From positions 160,001 to 224,000 of the forward strand of contig CAVTJJ010000004.1 of NCBI GenBank assembly GCA_963735035.1: 64,000 nt of DNA. The letters run 5' to 3'. Positions 1-8,196 of the stretch are shown piece after piece. The position numbers and the translations under genes are program-made. Numbering within the stretch: position 1 is the first letter of the stretch; each line of letters opens with the position of its first letter. The notes beneath the pieces were generated by a model, which saw only the letters and a list, made by a program, of their open reading frames with translations, did not search any database and had not been told where the DNA came from. The DNA comes from an uncultured candidate division Zixibacteria bacterium. Lineage in GTDB: Bacteria; Zixibacteria; MSB-5A5; GN15; FEB-12.

Positions 1-1803
1 CCTGATTTCTACGGCACGCAGCGCCTGGTATCGGTGACGTTCCGTGCCTTCGACGGATTTGCCATCGACAAGGAAGTAGTGCTGATACAGGTCTACGACG
101 CGGGTAATCAACGGCCGTATTTTGACAGCATCCCACGTCCGACGATGACCGAGGGTGAGACTTTCACTCAGGGTGTCAGCGCCAAAGATCCGGACCGCGA
201 TGCCCTGACTTTGTCGATTCCCCAGGCCCTTCCGCTTCCGCTCCACGCTTCGTTCATAGACATTGGCAGCGGGCTTGGCGGCATTACCTTTGCCCCGGAC
301 TTCACCCAGTCCGGAACTTACGATATCTCTGTAGTTGCATCCGATGGCACTCTCGCGGACACTATCGTAGTTACCTTCACAGTGAATGAATTCGGTAACC
401 ATGCGCCGGTTATGGCGGCGGTCGCCGCCCAGACGGTGGCGGAAGCCGGATTCCTGACATTTAATGTCACGACCACCGATCTCGACGCCGACACCGCCAG
501 ACTGTGGAGCGGTACCCTCCCGACCAACGCCACGTTTGCAGACAACGCCAACGGCACGGGGACGTTCAGGTTCCAGCCTGACTACACTCAGGCCGGCAGC
601 TACAATGTAACGATCTTCGCCGCGGACGCGGTTGACACCGTGGAACAAGCGATCGCCATAACGGTGACCGACGTCAATCAAGTGCCGTTCCTCTCCTATG
701 GTGCGCCTTCGGTTGCAATGTTCGAAATGGACACCCTCGTATATCCTGTATCCTCCTCCGATCCGGACGGCCCGACTCCGTATCTCACGGCCTCTTCGTC
801 CGGCGGTGCTGCTCTGGCCGCCAACATGACCTTCACGGATAACCGCGATGGCACAGGAGTGTTCAGGTTCGTACCCAGTTGGACCCAAGGCGGGACGATC
901 GCCAACCCCACTCGCTACTATGTGGTGTTCCGGTGTACTGATAGCGCTTACCCCACGGATTACAGGGAAAGTGAGACTATTACGATCAGGGTCACCGATA
1001 AGAACAAACCTCCGGTTGTCGTCTTCCCGCTGCCTGGCGGCCCCGGTCCGTACACTATTTCTGAAGGTGCCAGCGTAAACTTCTACATAGCCGTTATCGA
1101 TGACGACGCCATCACCGCTCCTCTACTTAGAGCGGAAAATGTCCCGGCCACCAATGCCGTGTTCTCTTACACTCCCACCACTCGCACGGGCGACTTCGAG
1201 TTCAGTCCTGACTTTACCCAGGCCGGTGTGTACTCCATTAGATTCATCGCGACCGATGATCGCGGCGCGGTCGATACCGGGATAGTCGATATCAACGTCC
1301 TGGACGCCGGCAACCAACCCCCCAGCTTTGGATATAATCTGCCGGATACGCTCCTGGTGCCATCAGGCCATGTCTACCAGATCACGCTGTCACCGGCCGA
1401 CCCTGAGAGGGATTCGATAACCGTCACGGCTGATCCCATGTTACCAGGTGCGAGCTGGACTAACTCGGGCAACGGGGACTGGGTTTACAGTTTCACAGCC
1501 GATTCGACTGAGGTCGGGTCCATTTATGAGATCACTTTTATAGTCACCGATTATCCCAGCCAGGCTTCGGCAACGCTCGTGACTCACCCGAGGGTGGTGG
1601 CCTTCCTCAGAGGTGATCTTGACTCGGATAACGTGTATTCAGTCAACGACATAGCATATTTGGTCGAATACCTGTTCCGCGACGGCCCGGCTCCGGCGAT
1701 ACCCGCCGTGGCTGATATCGATGGCAGCGGTAGTGTGTCGATTGGAGATATCTCTTATCTGATATACTACATGTTCCGTAGCGGACCGCAGCCCGCGCCG
1801 TAG
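1..1803 (+). CDS. Large surface protein, 5'-partial: tandem cadherin-like/Ig repeats and a C-terminal dockerin-like domain
   Basis: Frame is open from the window edge. ~100-aa repeats (NxxP...D.D.D...F.PDFTQAG.Y...A.D). C-terminus has two EF-hand-like segments, RGDLDSDNVYSVNDIAYLVEYLF and ADIDGSGSVSIGDISYLIYYMF (1609-1800). Confidence 0.85.
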   Translation, partial: PDFYGTQRLVSVTFRAFDGFAIDKEVVLIQVYDAGNQRPYFDSIPRPTMTEGETFTQGVSAKDPDRDALTLSIPQALPLPLHASFIDIGSGLGGITFAPDFTQSGTYDISVVASDGTLADTIVVTFTVNEFGNHAPVMAAVAAQTVAEAGFLTFNVTTTDLDADTARLWSGTLPTNATFADNANGTGTFRFQPDYTQAGSYNVTIFAADAVDTVEQAIAITVTDVNQVPFLSYGAPSVAMFEMDTLVYPVSSSDPDGPTPYLTASSSGGAALAANMTFTDNRDGTGVFRFVPSWTQGGTIANPTRYYVVFRCTDSAYPTDYRESETITIRVTDKNKPPVVVFPLPGGPGPYTISEGASVNFYIAVIDDDAITAPLLRAENVPATNAVFSYTPTTRTGDFEFSPDFTQAGVYSIRFIATDDRGAVDTGIVDINVLDAGNQPPSFGYNLPDTLLVPSGHVYQITLSPADPERDSITVTADPMLPGASWTNSGNGDWVYSFTADSTEVGSIYEITFIVTDYPSQASATLVTHPRVVAFLRGDLDSDNVYSVNDIAYLVEYLFRDGPAPAIPAVADIDGSGSVSIGDISYLIYYMFRSGPQPAP

Positions 1804-1831
1804 GCCGGTCGTAGTTGATTTGAAGTATCAT

Positions 1832-1868
1832 AGAGCCGCGAACACCGTTCGCGGCTCTTCTTGTTTTG
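1832..1868 (+). terminator. Intrinsic terminator
   Basis: AGAGCCGCGAAC-acc-GTTCGCGGCTCT stem followed by a T-rich tail. Confidence 0.8.
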
Positions 1869-2100
1869 AATAATATCTGCAAATCAAGTCCGGTCTCTGG
1901 ACAACGGAATCCCGCCGTGGGAGTGTGTTGCGCACAACAACTTGCGACACTCTGCCCATGTGTGGTGAGCACCGCGAGGCAGCAATAAGTCGCGTGTTTC
2001 AAGCCCGATTACCTGGGCGAACCGCCGATGATCGGAGCCGTCGAGGCCACCTGCCCAGGGAGTCCGGCTTTCGAACCGCTACGCTGGTACTCAAAACCCC

Positions 2101-2129
2101 TTGACAAATTGTCAATTCGTCTCTACTTT
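2101..2129 (+). promoter_or_regulatory. sigma70-type promoter overlapped by a 7-1-7 palindrome
   Basis: TTGACA-N17-TACTTT; TTGACAA-A-TTGTCAA inverted repeat at 2101-2115. Confidence 0.6.
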
Positions 2130-2583
2130 CATATTGCTTCAGTCCTCTGACCGTTCTTTCCAGAGGGACTGGATTTGACATCATGAGAGGTTCAGCAAGG
2201 TCCCGCCCTCACTAAATACTTCGGAACCGGCGCCTCTGGTGCTTGTGCCATGAACCACCGACAGCATGCGGTTCTTGACACGTGACCCGCGCAAACGCGC
2301 GTCTGATGTTTGCAGCGACACCTTGGGTTAGACAGCTTTATTGAATGCGCATCGGACCGGCCGTATTTGGGTTACGATGCCTGCAAATGCACCTTATGAG
2401 GTCAATGTGTTCAGGACGAATCAACTGGCAATCGCCAACTAAGGAGGTTATCCGCAACGGAGAGTAACGCCCGCGCGGGACGGACGGACAACAGGGTGTG
2501 CCGCGCGGAACATACAACTAGGGTTAGTTTCTGCGCCGGAGGCGTGGGAACTGAAATGCAGCTAATCTTGAAAGGAAACGAGC

Positions 2584-5500
2584 ATGACGAGGAAAGCACT
2601 ACTTACGTTGTGCGTAGCAGTGCTGTTGTCCGGGTTGCTGACGTTGTCGGCATATGCGGCCACGAATACCAAGGCCGATATCGCTGACGGCAAGCAGCTC
2701 GATAAGATCAACAGCTTTAACGTCGGTCCGTATCCGATGGAAAATCGCGAAGCAGTTTCGTACCGGGCGCCCGAGGCCACAAGTGGCTATGCCCCTTCGC
2801 CACGTATACCGCTCGGATCGGCCGCTTCGCCGAACGTCGGCACCGGTGTGGGTGTCAGTATCGATCTGACCTGGGAAGACGCCCAGTGGACCTGGGGCAG
2901 TGGCCGTCAGATCGCTCACTGGTGGAACGGCGCGACCGACGAAACCGCTGAAGTGAGTGTTCATTTTGTCTATAACGCCAGACCGGATACACTCCCGGCG
3001 TTCCCAAATACAAACGCCGGCTACAACGTTTACGATGCCACGGTGACATCAGGAAACTGGCCGCGCGGCCAGGACATCGGCTGCGATCTGCAGTCCTCTG
3101 ATTCTATCGGTGTCGGTTATGCCTCTAGCATCGACATGACCTTCAACGGTCGGGCGGTCATCGGTTCCAGTGCCCAGCACTTTCGCAGCATCGGTACGGC
3201 GCGTCTGTTTGACAGCTATATCTACTATCAGGGTTCCGAATTCAACTGCACTTACGATCCGCGTTCAAATCTGAACGTTACCTGGATCGATTCGACCGTC
3301 TACCGACCGCTGTTTATCGAAAGGGTCGACGGGAATTACTCGCGCGACCCGCAGGTAAAGACACAGTGGGATGGAACCAATACGATTACCCACCTTCTTC
3401 TGGGTGAGAACTCCGCCAACGGCACAGAGCTGTCAGGAGACGGCTACGTCAGCGACAATGGAACGACAGTCTACTGGACCTGGAACTATTTCCGCAAAGT
3501 CGGCAATACTTCCGCCGGTACCTGGAGTGCCGGTCAAATTATTGACTCGCTGGGTTCCACAGTGTGGACGGAACTTGCGGCTGCCCCCTACCCGAATCAG
3601 GGTGTGGCGGTGGTTTACACCAACCCGACATACTACGGCTGCTTGTTGGAACAAGGCGCCGACGTTGACGTGTGGTGCCGTGAATCATTCAACCGTGGTG
3701 TAAACTGGTCGCCGTCCTACAGCGTTACCAATTACACTAACGCTCTGGCCGGTGATCCGAACCACTTTACTTGCTGGTTGGAAGCCGGTTGTATGTTCGA
3801 CAGCGAAGGCGACTTGCACGTCTACTGGTGTGCCAAGCCGACTTCTGCCGATCCTTATTTTGACGGTTTCAACTGGCAAGATTACGATGAGAACCTGTAT
3901 CACTGGGAAAAGACCAACGATGGGGTCGCTCCTGGCGTGGGCGATGCCGTCAAGGTTGCTAACGGCAACTTCATGAACGACGACATGCTGACCGGCTCGA
4001 TGAACACCTTCCATTGTGGTTTCGGCGGAAGTAACGTTGGTTACCTCGGCTTCTCCACGATGGGTGAGTGCGATGGCAAATTGTATCTGGTCTGGTCGCA
4101 GATTCACGAGCGTGCCAATCGGTACCCGTGGCGCGACGCTGCGACGCAACCGGCCCCGGGCGTGTTGGATGACTGCTCCTACACCGGCAACCGTCAGGCC
4201 ATGGCCAACTGGGAGATCTTGATGTCGGTGGCTCAGTTGAGTTCGTCCTCTCTGTGGGACGCCGCACGTAACATCACCAACACCTATACTCCGAACTGCG
4301 GTTTGGCGGGTGATCCCGATGCCCAGGGGCCATGCGGTTCCGAATGGAAACCGTCGATCGAGCGTCAGGCCCTCGACGAGACCGGTCTGGCTCTGACCTG
4401 GCCGGCCGCGGCCGAAGTCGATATGTCACCGTTGCACGACTATGCCGCCGGTCATTACTTGAACATGGAATACCTGGACGACCAGTTCCCGGGTCCGTAT
4501 AACTGGGCCCGCACCAATCCTCCCGGTACTCAGAACTCCGAGAAGTGGATTCGTCTGGCCTGCGTTGAGCCGGTTGAGGCCTCGCAGATCAACGTGATTC
4601 CTAAATCAGTTGAATGGCCGCAGTGGGTGGGTCTTGGCACGACCAAGAACTTCACCATTACGGTCGTGAACGATGGTAACGTGACTTTGAACGTTACTGA
4701 GATCGGTGTTGCCGGCAACTCCGCGCTGAGTGTTTCAGAGAATCCGACTCCGGGCAGCCCGTTCACAGTGACGGCCGGTGTGGTTCGCACCCGGACGTTC
4801 GACTTGATCGCCAATGCCACCGCTCTTTCGACGAATCAGTGGTTGGACGGCGAGATCTGGCTGAAGTCTGAGGCGGCCAACAACGATTCACTTCCGATTC
4901 TGGTTCGCATTCTGGCCGCGGAAAATGTCGAGGCCACGAAGTGGGATACGGTTACGACCCATGCCAACATGTTCGATCCGTTCTTTGAACCGGTCGGCGC
5001 TTGCGTAGCCCTTGGTGTTGGTAACGACGGTGACCTCGGTTGGGGCGCCGGTTCCAGCGGAGGTATCAATCTCGATTACAGTGAATCCGGTAGCGAGTGC
5101 GGGACTCGTCAGCGCGACGCGATCTACTTGTCGAGCGGTACGCCGTTCACTTTGATGGCGACTGGTTCGACTGGTACCGGCGCAGAATTGACGCAGGTGA
5201 CGAACGACGCCAACCAGGCGGACGAAACCGGTTTCGACCCGACCCCGGAGAAGACCATGACCGGAGGTCTGGCGGCGAGCGGCAAGTACGACTCGACTTA
5301 CACGGGTAAGTTCGTTAACCGCGACACGACCATCGCTTTTGAGCGCGTTGTGTACGGTCCGCGTTCCGCCACGCCGGCGACTTCGACCATCAACTTCGTG
5401 ATTGTCCACACCTGGGTCTATTCGGCTGACGGTGCGGCCCACAATCACGTCACCATTGGTGATGTCCTTGACTGGGATGTCCCGGCCGACAGCGCTCCGC

Positions 5501-6285
5501 TGAACACGACCGGTGTTTCCAGTGCTGGCTTCGTTTATGTTCAGGGTACTGACACGGTTCTTCACAATGCGTGTCAGACAAACTTGAACCGGTTTGCCAC
5601 TGAGGCTTTTGGTGGCGGTTACACCAAGGCTCAGTTCAATGCCGACCCGTGCGTGAACGATTCCACCGCCTATTTCAGTCTGAATGCGGCCGACCAGGCG
5701 ATTATGGTCGACACGACGCATTATCGTAATGGCACGCCTCTCGTCCCGGCCCAGCCGAACCCGACGCTTTGGTGGGATGTGACGAAGGTATCGGGCCTGA
5801 ACGCCGATGCTTCGACTCAGGATCAGGCCGTCTGGTTGACCTACAAGCAGGATTACAACTTGCTGGCCAGCGACACGCTGCACTATTGGACCGTTATGAC
5901 TACGGTTCGCAATGGTTCGTTGTCTGATCTGGAAGCTCAGGTTGCCTATGCCAAGAACTGGTACAAGGAAATTCGAGGCTGCGTACCCATAAATCCGGCC
6001 TGCTGTATAGGGAAGGTCGGCAACGCCAACGGTACTGGCGGCGAGACTCCGACGATCGGTGACATCAGCGTGATGATCGATGCCAAGTTCATCAGCGGTG
6101 CCTGTATATCTTCGGGTCCGGGTGCCAACATCGTTTGTCTAGGTGAAGCTGACATGAACCTGTCCGGTGGACTTCACCCGACCTGTGGATCCATTACGAT
6201 CGGTGACATTTCGCTGTTGATCGACTGTCTGTTCATTACAGGCGAGCCGCCGTTCGTTCGCAGCACCTGTATGTCGGTGGACTAG
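2584..6285 (+). CDS. 1233-aa secreted Cys-rich protein with an Asp-box, an Ig-like domain and a Cys-rich dockerin-like C-terminus
   Basis: Signal peptide; Asp-box ESFNRGVNWS; Ig-like segment FTITVVNDGNVTLNVTEI; tail CCIGKVGNANG...TIGDISVMID...EADMN...TIGDISLLID (6001-6282); AAAGGAAA RBS. Confidence 0.85.
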   Translation: MTRKALLTLCVAVLLSGLLTLSAYAATNTKADIADGKQLDKINSFNVGPYPMENREAVSYRAPEATSGYAPSPRIPLGSAASPNVGTGVGVSIDLTWEDAQWTWGSGRQIAHWWNGATDETAEVSVHFVYNARPDTLPAFPNTNAGYNVYDATVTSGNWPRGQDIGCDLQSSDSIGVGYASSIDMTFNGRAVIGSSAQHFRSIGTARLFDSYIYYQGSEFNCTYDPRSNLNVTWIDSTVYRPLFIERVDGNYSRDPQVKTQWDGTNTITHLLLGENSANGTELSGDGYVSDNGTTVYWTWNYFRKVGNTSAGTWSAGQIIDSLGSTVWTELAAAPYPNQGVAVVYTNPTYYGCLLEQGADVDVWCRESFNRGVNWSPSYSVTNYTNALAGDPNHFTCWLEAGCMFDSEGDLHVYWCAKPTSADPYFDGFNWQDYDENLYHWEKTNDGVAPGVGDAVKVANGNFMNDDMLTGSMNTFHCGFGGSNVGYLGFSTMGECDGKLYLVWSQIHERANRYPWRDAATQPAPGVLDDCSYTGNRQAMANWEILMSVAQLSSSSLWDAARNITNTYTPNCGLAGDPDAQGPCGSEWKPSIERQALDETGLALTWPAAAEVDMSPLHDYAAGHYLNMEYLDDQFPGPYNWARTNPPGTQNSEKWIRLACVEPVEASQINVIPKSVEWPQWVGLGTTKNFTITVVNDGNVTLNVTEIGVAGNSALSVSENPTPGSPFTVTAGVVRTRTFDLIANATALSTNQWLDGEIWLKSEAANNDSLPILVRILAAENVEATKWDTVTTHANMFDPFFEPVGACVALGVGNDGDLGWGAGSSGGINLDYSESGSECGTRQRDAIYLSSGTPFTLMATGSTGTGAELTQVTNDANQADETGFDPTPEKTMTGGLAASGKYDSTYTGKFVNRDTTIAFERVVYGPRSATPATSTINFVIVHTWVYSADGAAHNHVTIGDVLDWDVPADSAPLNTTGVSSAGFVYVQGTDTVLHNACQTNLNRFATEAFGGGYTKAQFNADPCVNDSTAYFSLNAADQAIMVDTTHYRNGTPLVPAQPNPTLWWDVTKVSGLNADASTQDQAVWLTYKQDYNLLASDTLHYWTVMTTVRNGSLSDLEAQVAYAKNWYKEIRGCVPINPACCIGKVGNANGTGGETPTIGDISVMIDAKFISGACISSGPGANIVCLGEADMNLSGGLHPTCGSITIGDISLLIDCLFITGEPPFVRSTCMSVD

Positions 6286-6325
6286 AATCGACCTCGCGAA
6301 GTCTTTGACTTCCCAAGGCTGAATC

Positions 6326-6363
6326 AGGGCGGTCACCCCACGGGGTGGCCGCCTTAATTTTTT
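6326..6363 (+). terminator. Intrinsic terminator
   Basis: GGCGGTCACCCC-ac-GGGGTGGCCGCC followed by TTAATTTTTT. Confidence 0.75.
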
Positions 6364-6606
6364 GCCACCAACTGTTCGCGCAGGCCCAAAAAGAGAGCCC
6401 CGGCGGGATGCCAGGCGAGAGGCTGAATTGGGCAAAACGCATCGTTTGCGACCAACCCCGCAACCCCATGCCGGACAAGGGGGGCGCTAAAGTTAGCGGC
6501 GATTTCGGCTCAACCAGTGCCGGCCAGGCTCAAAATGAGGGTGTGGCACAGTGGCTTATGTCTTTCGGGCCCCCCTTTTTTGATTGACTCCGAGTGCAGT
6601 TTTCGG

Positions 6607-6635
6607 TTGACTGACTGGTTCCAGCCGCCTATTTT
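6607..6635 (+). promoter_or_regulatory. Putative sigma70 promoter
   Basis: TTGACT-N17-TATTTT about 355 nt upstream of the ATG at 6992. Confidence 0.4.
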
Positions 6636-6991
6636 TCAGGTGGTGGTGAACATTCGTGTTCTTCTATGCCTGTCCTGTCTACAGACAAGTTGGTCGGGCG
6701 GCGTAAGATACAAGGGTGGATTCACAAAGATTGAACAGATAAATAAGAGAGACGTTATATAAATGAATGGATGCGTTGAACGAGATGAAAGGAGGACGTC
6801 AGAGAGAGGAATTTGCTAACGATTACTAATGTTTAGCTTTCGCTCTTGTTCGCGATCTCAGCGGCTCTGACCGTCTGGCTCTCAGGTTGCACAAGAGGTG
6901 CGAAACCCCGAGAGAAATATTGAGTGGACAGTTAGACACGATGACATTTATGGTAGGCAAAAGAATGCGATTCATATTAGGAGAGCAAGAG

Positions 6992-7991
6992 ATGAGGAAA
7001 CTTTCATTTTTCCTTACGTTCGCCATGGTGCTAGGCCTTGCGTGCGGTGCGTTTGCTCAGACACATTACGGTATTGTTTCCGTTGATAGTGTCACAAACC
7101 CCGGCGTGGTTGACCCGGTCAATCACCTTATGTGCAACGATGGCACTACACACACAATTTACATCCGGTTCAATTTCCTCGCGAGTCCGAACGACGCCTT
7201 CTGGGGAACCTCGAATGGGTGGCAGCTTTATTCACCGGACGGCGCCAATTGGGTTAATCTTCTGCGTGGTGACGGTCCTCTGGTCACCGCTCTAGGTTCT
7301 GGCGTGACCAGGTACCGTAAGTATTACAAGTCGGCCAACAACGGCGCGACTTTCACTCAGACGGGTGGCCCGCCGCTTGGTTCAGCTCAGCCGGGCCCAA
7401 GCACTGGTCCCAACGACCGTGTTGGCTACATGTTTGCCACATTGTCGTCGGATGGTTCCGACGGTTTCACTGGTGGTGTCTCCAACGATATCGCTGTGAC
7501 CCTGACGTTCTACTCAATTTCGGCTGACTCCGGCAAGACGATGTGCTTTGACTCAGCCTCGACCTTTGTAGCTTGGGAATGGCCGGCGGCTATAACCGGT
7601 TCCGACTTCCCGCTGTGGGATAATGGCCTGGGTGTCAGCGGCCCGCGTTGCTGGACTCTGGAAATGTACTCGCCGCAGTCGGTTGAAGAGATCGGTAGCG
7701 GCGACTTGCCGACGAGCTACGGCCTGACGCAGAATTATCCGAACCCCTTCAACCCCTCGACTAGATTCGACTTCGCGCTCCCGAAAGCCTCGCAGTCGAC
7801 TTGACCATTTACAATGTCCTGGGCCAGAGGGTCATCACACTGATCAGGACAAAGAATTGCCGGCCGGCAACTATCGTGAGACCTGGAATGGTAATTCTGA
7901 AGGTGGTGCCGACGTTGCTTCCGGTATCTACTTCTATCGCCTGACCGCAGGTGACTTTGTTTCTACTAAGAAGATGATGCTGCTGAAGTAG
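6992..7991 (+). CDS. Secreted protein with a T9SS type A/FlgD-like C-terminal domain; two apparent frameshifts (~7795, ~7845)
   Basis: AGGAGA RBS, ATG 6992, signal peptide. After YGLTQNYPNPFNPST the other frames continue LTIYNVLGQRV and KELPAGNYRETWNG...SGIYFYRLTAGDFVSTKKMMLLK to TAG 7989-7991. Confidence 0.8.
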
Positions 7992-8012
7992 CTTTTGTAG
8001 TACTGATTATTA

Positions 8013-8042
8013 GAACCCCCGGTTCAGCCGGGGGTTTTTTTT
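8013..8042 (+). terminator. Intrinsic terminator
   Basis: AACCCCCGG-ttcag-CCGGGGGTT plus a T run. Confidence 0.85.
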
Positions 8043-8113
8043 GCTCTGATGGCCGGATCAGGTCTAATCTCAATTTGTAAGGTATTGAGGATTAAGGCGT
8101 TACGCGAATTTTA

Positions 8114-8183
8114 TTGACTTTTATGCCCCCGTTCCGTATCCTTATACCTTACGTTATCAGAGTCTCAAGTTAAGTCATTGATA
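8114..8183 (+). promoter_or_regulatory. Promoter and IHF-consensus site upstream of the GH35-like gene
   Basis: TTGACT-N17-TATCCT (8114-8142); TAAGTCATTGATA (8171-8183) matches YAANNNNTTGATW. Confidence 0.45.
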
Positions 8184-8196
8184 CATAAAGGCTTAT

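Noticed and set aside
2155..2250. SAM-I-like words (TTCCAGAG, GAGGGACTGG, CAGCAA, GGTGCT)
   Set aside because: Spacing and P2/kink-turn pairing do not fit, GAGGGACTG pairs with upstream CAGTCCTC instead, and the downstream gene is unrelated to sulfur metabolism.
4888..5883. Long antisense ORFs (also 9103-10017, 34711-35727, 39061-39948, 53877-54692)
   Set aside because: Shadows of real genes caused by codon bias; no motifs or RBS.
6420..6520. Possible c-di-GMP-I riboswitch (GGCAAAAC...GGCGCTAAAG)
   Set aside because: No GNRA-capped P2 stem or matching P3 could be built.
7790..7850. Programmed frameshifting in the CTD gene (also at ~12285 and ~40160)
   Set aside because: Single-base indels, mostly at short homopolymers, in an assembly that shows many errors; artefact is more likely.
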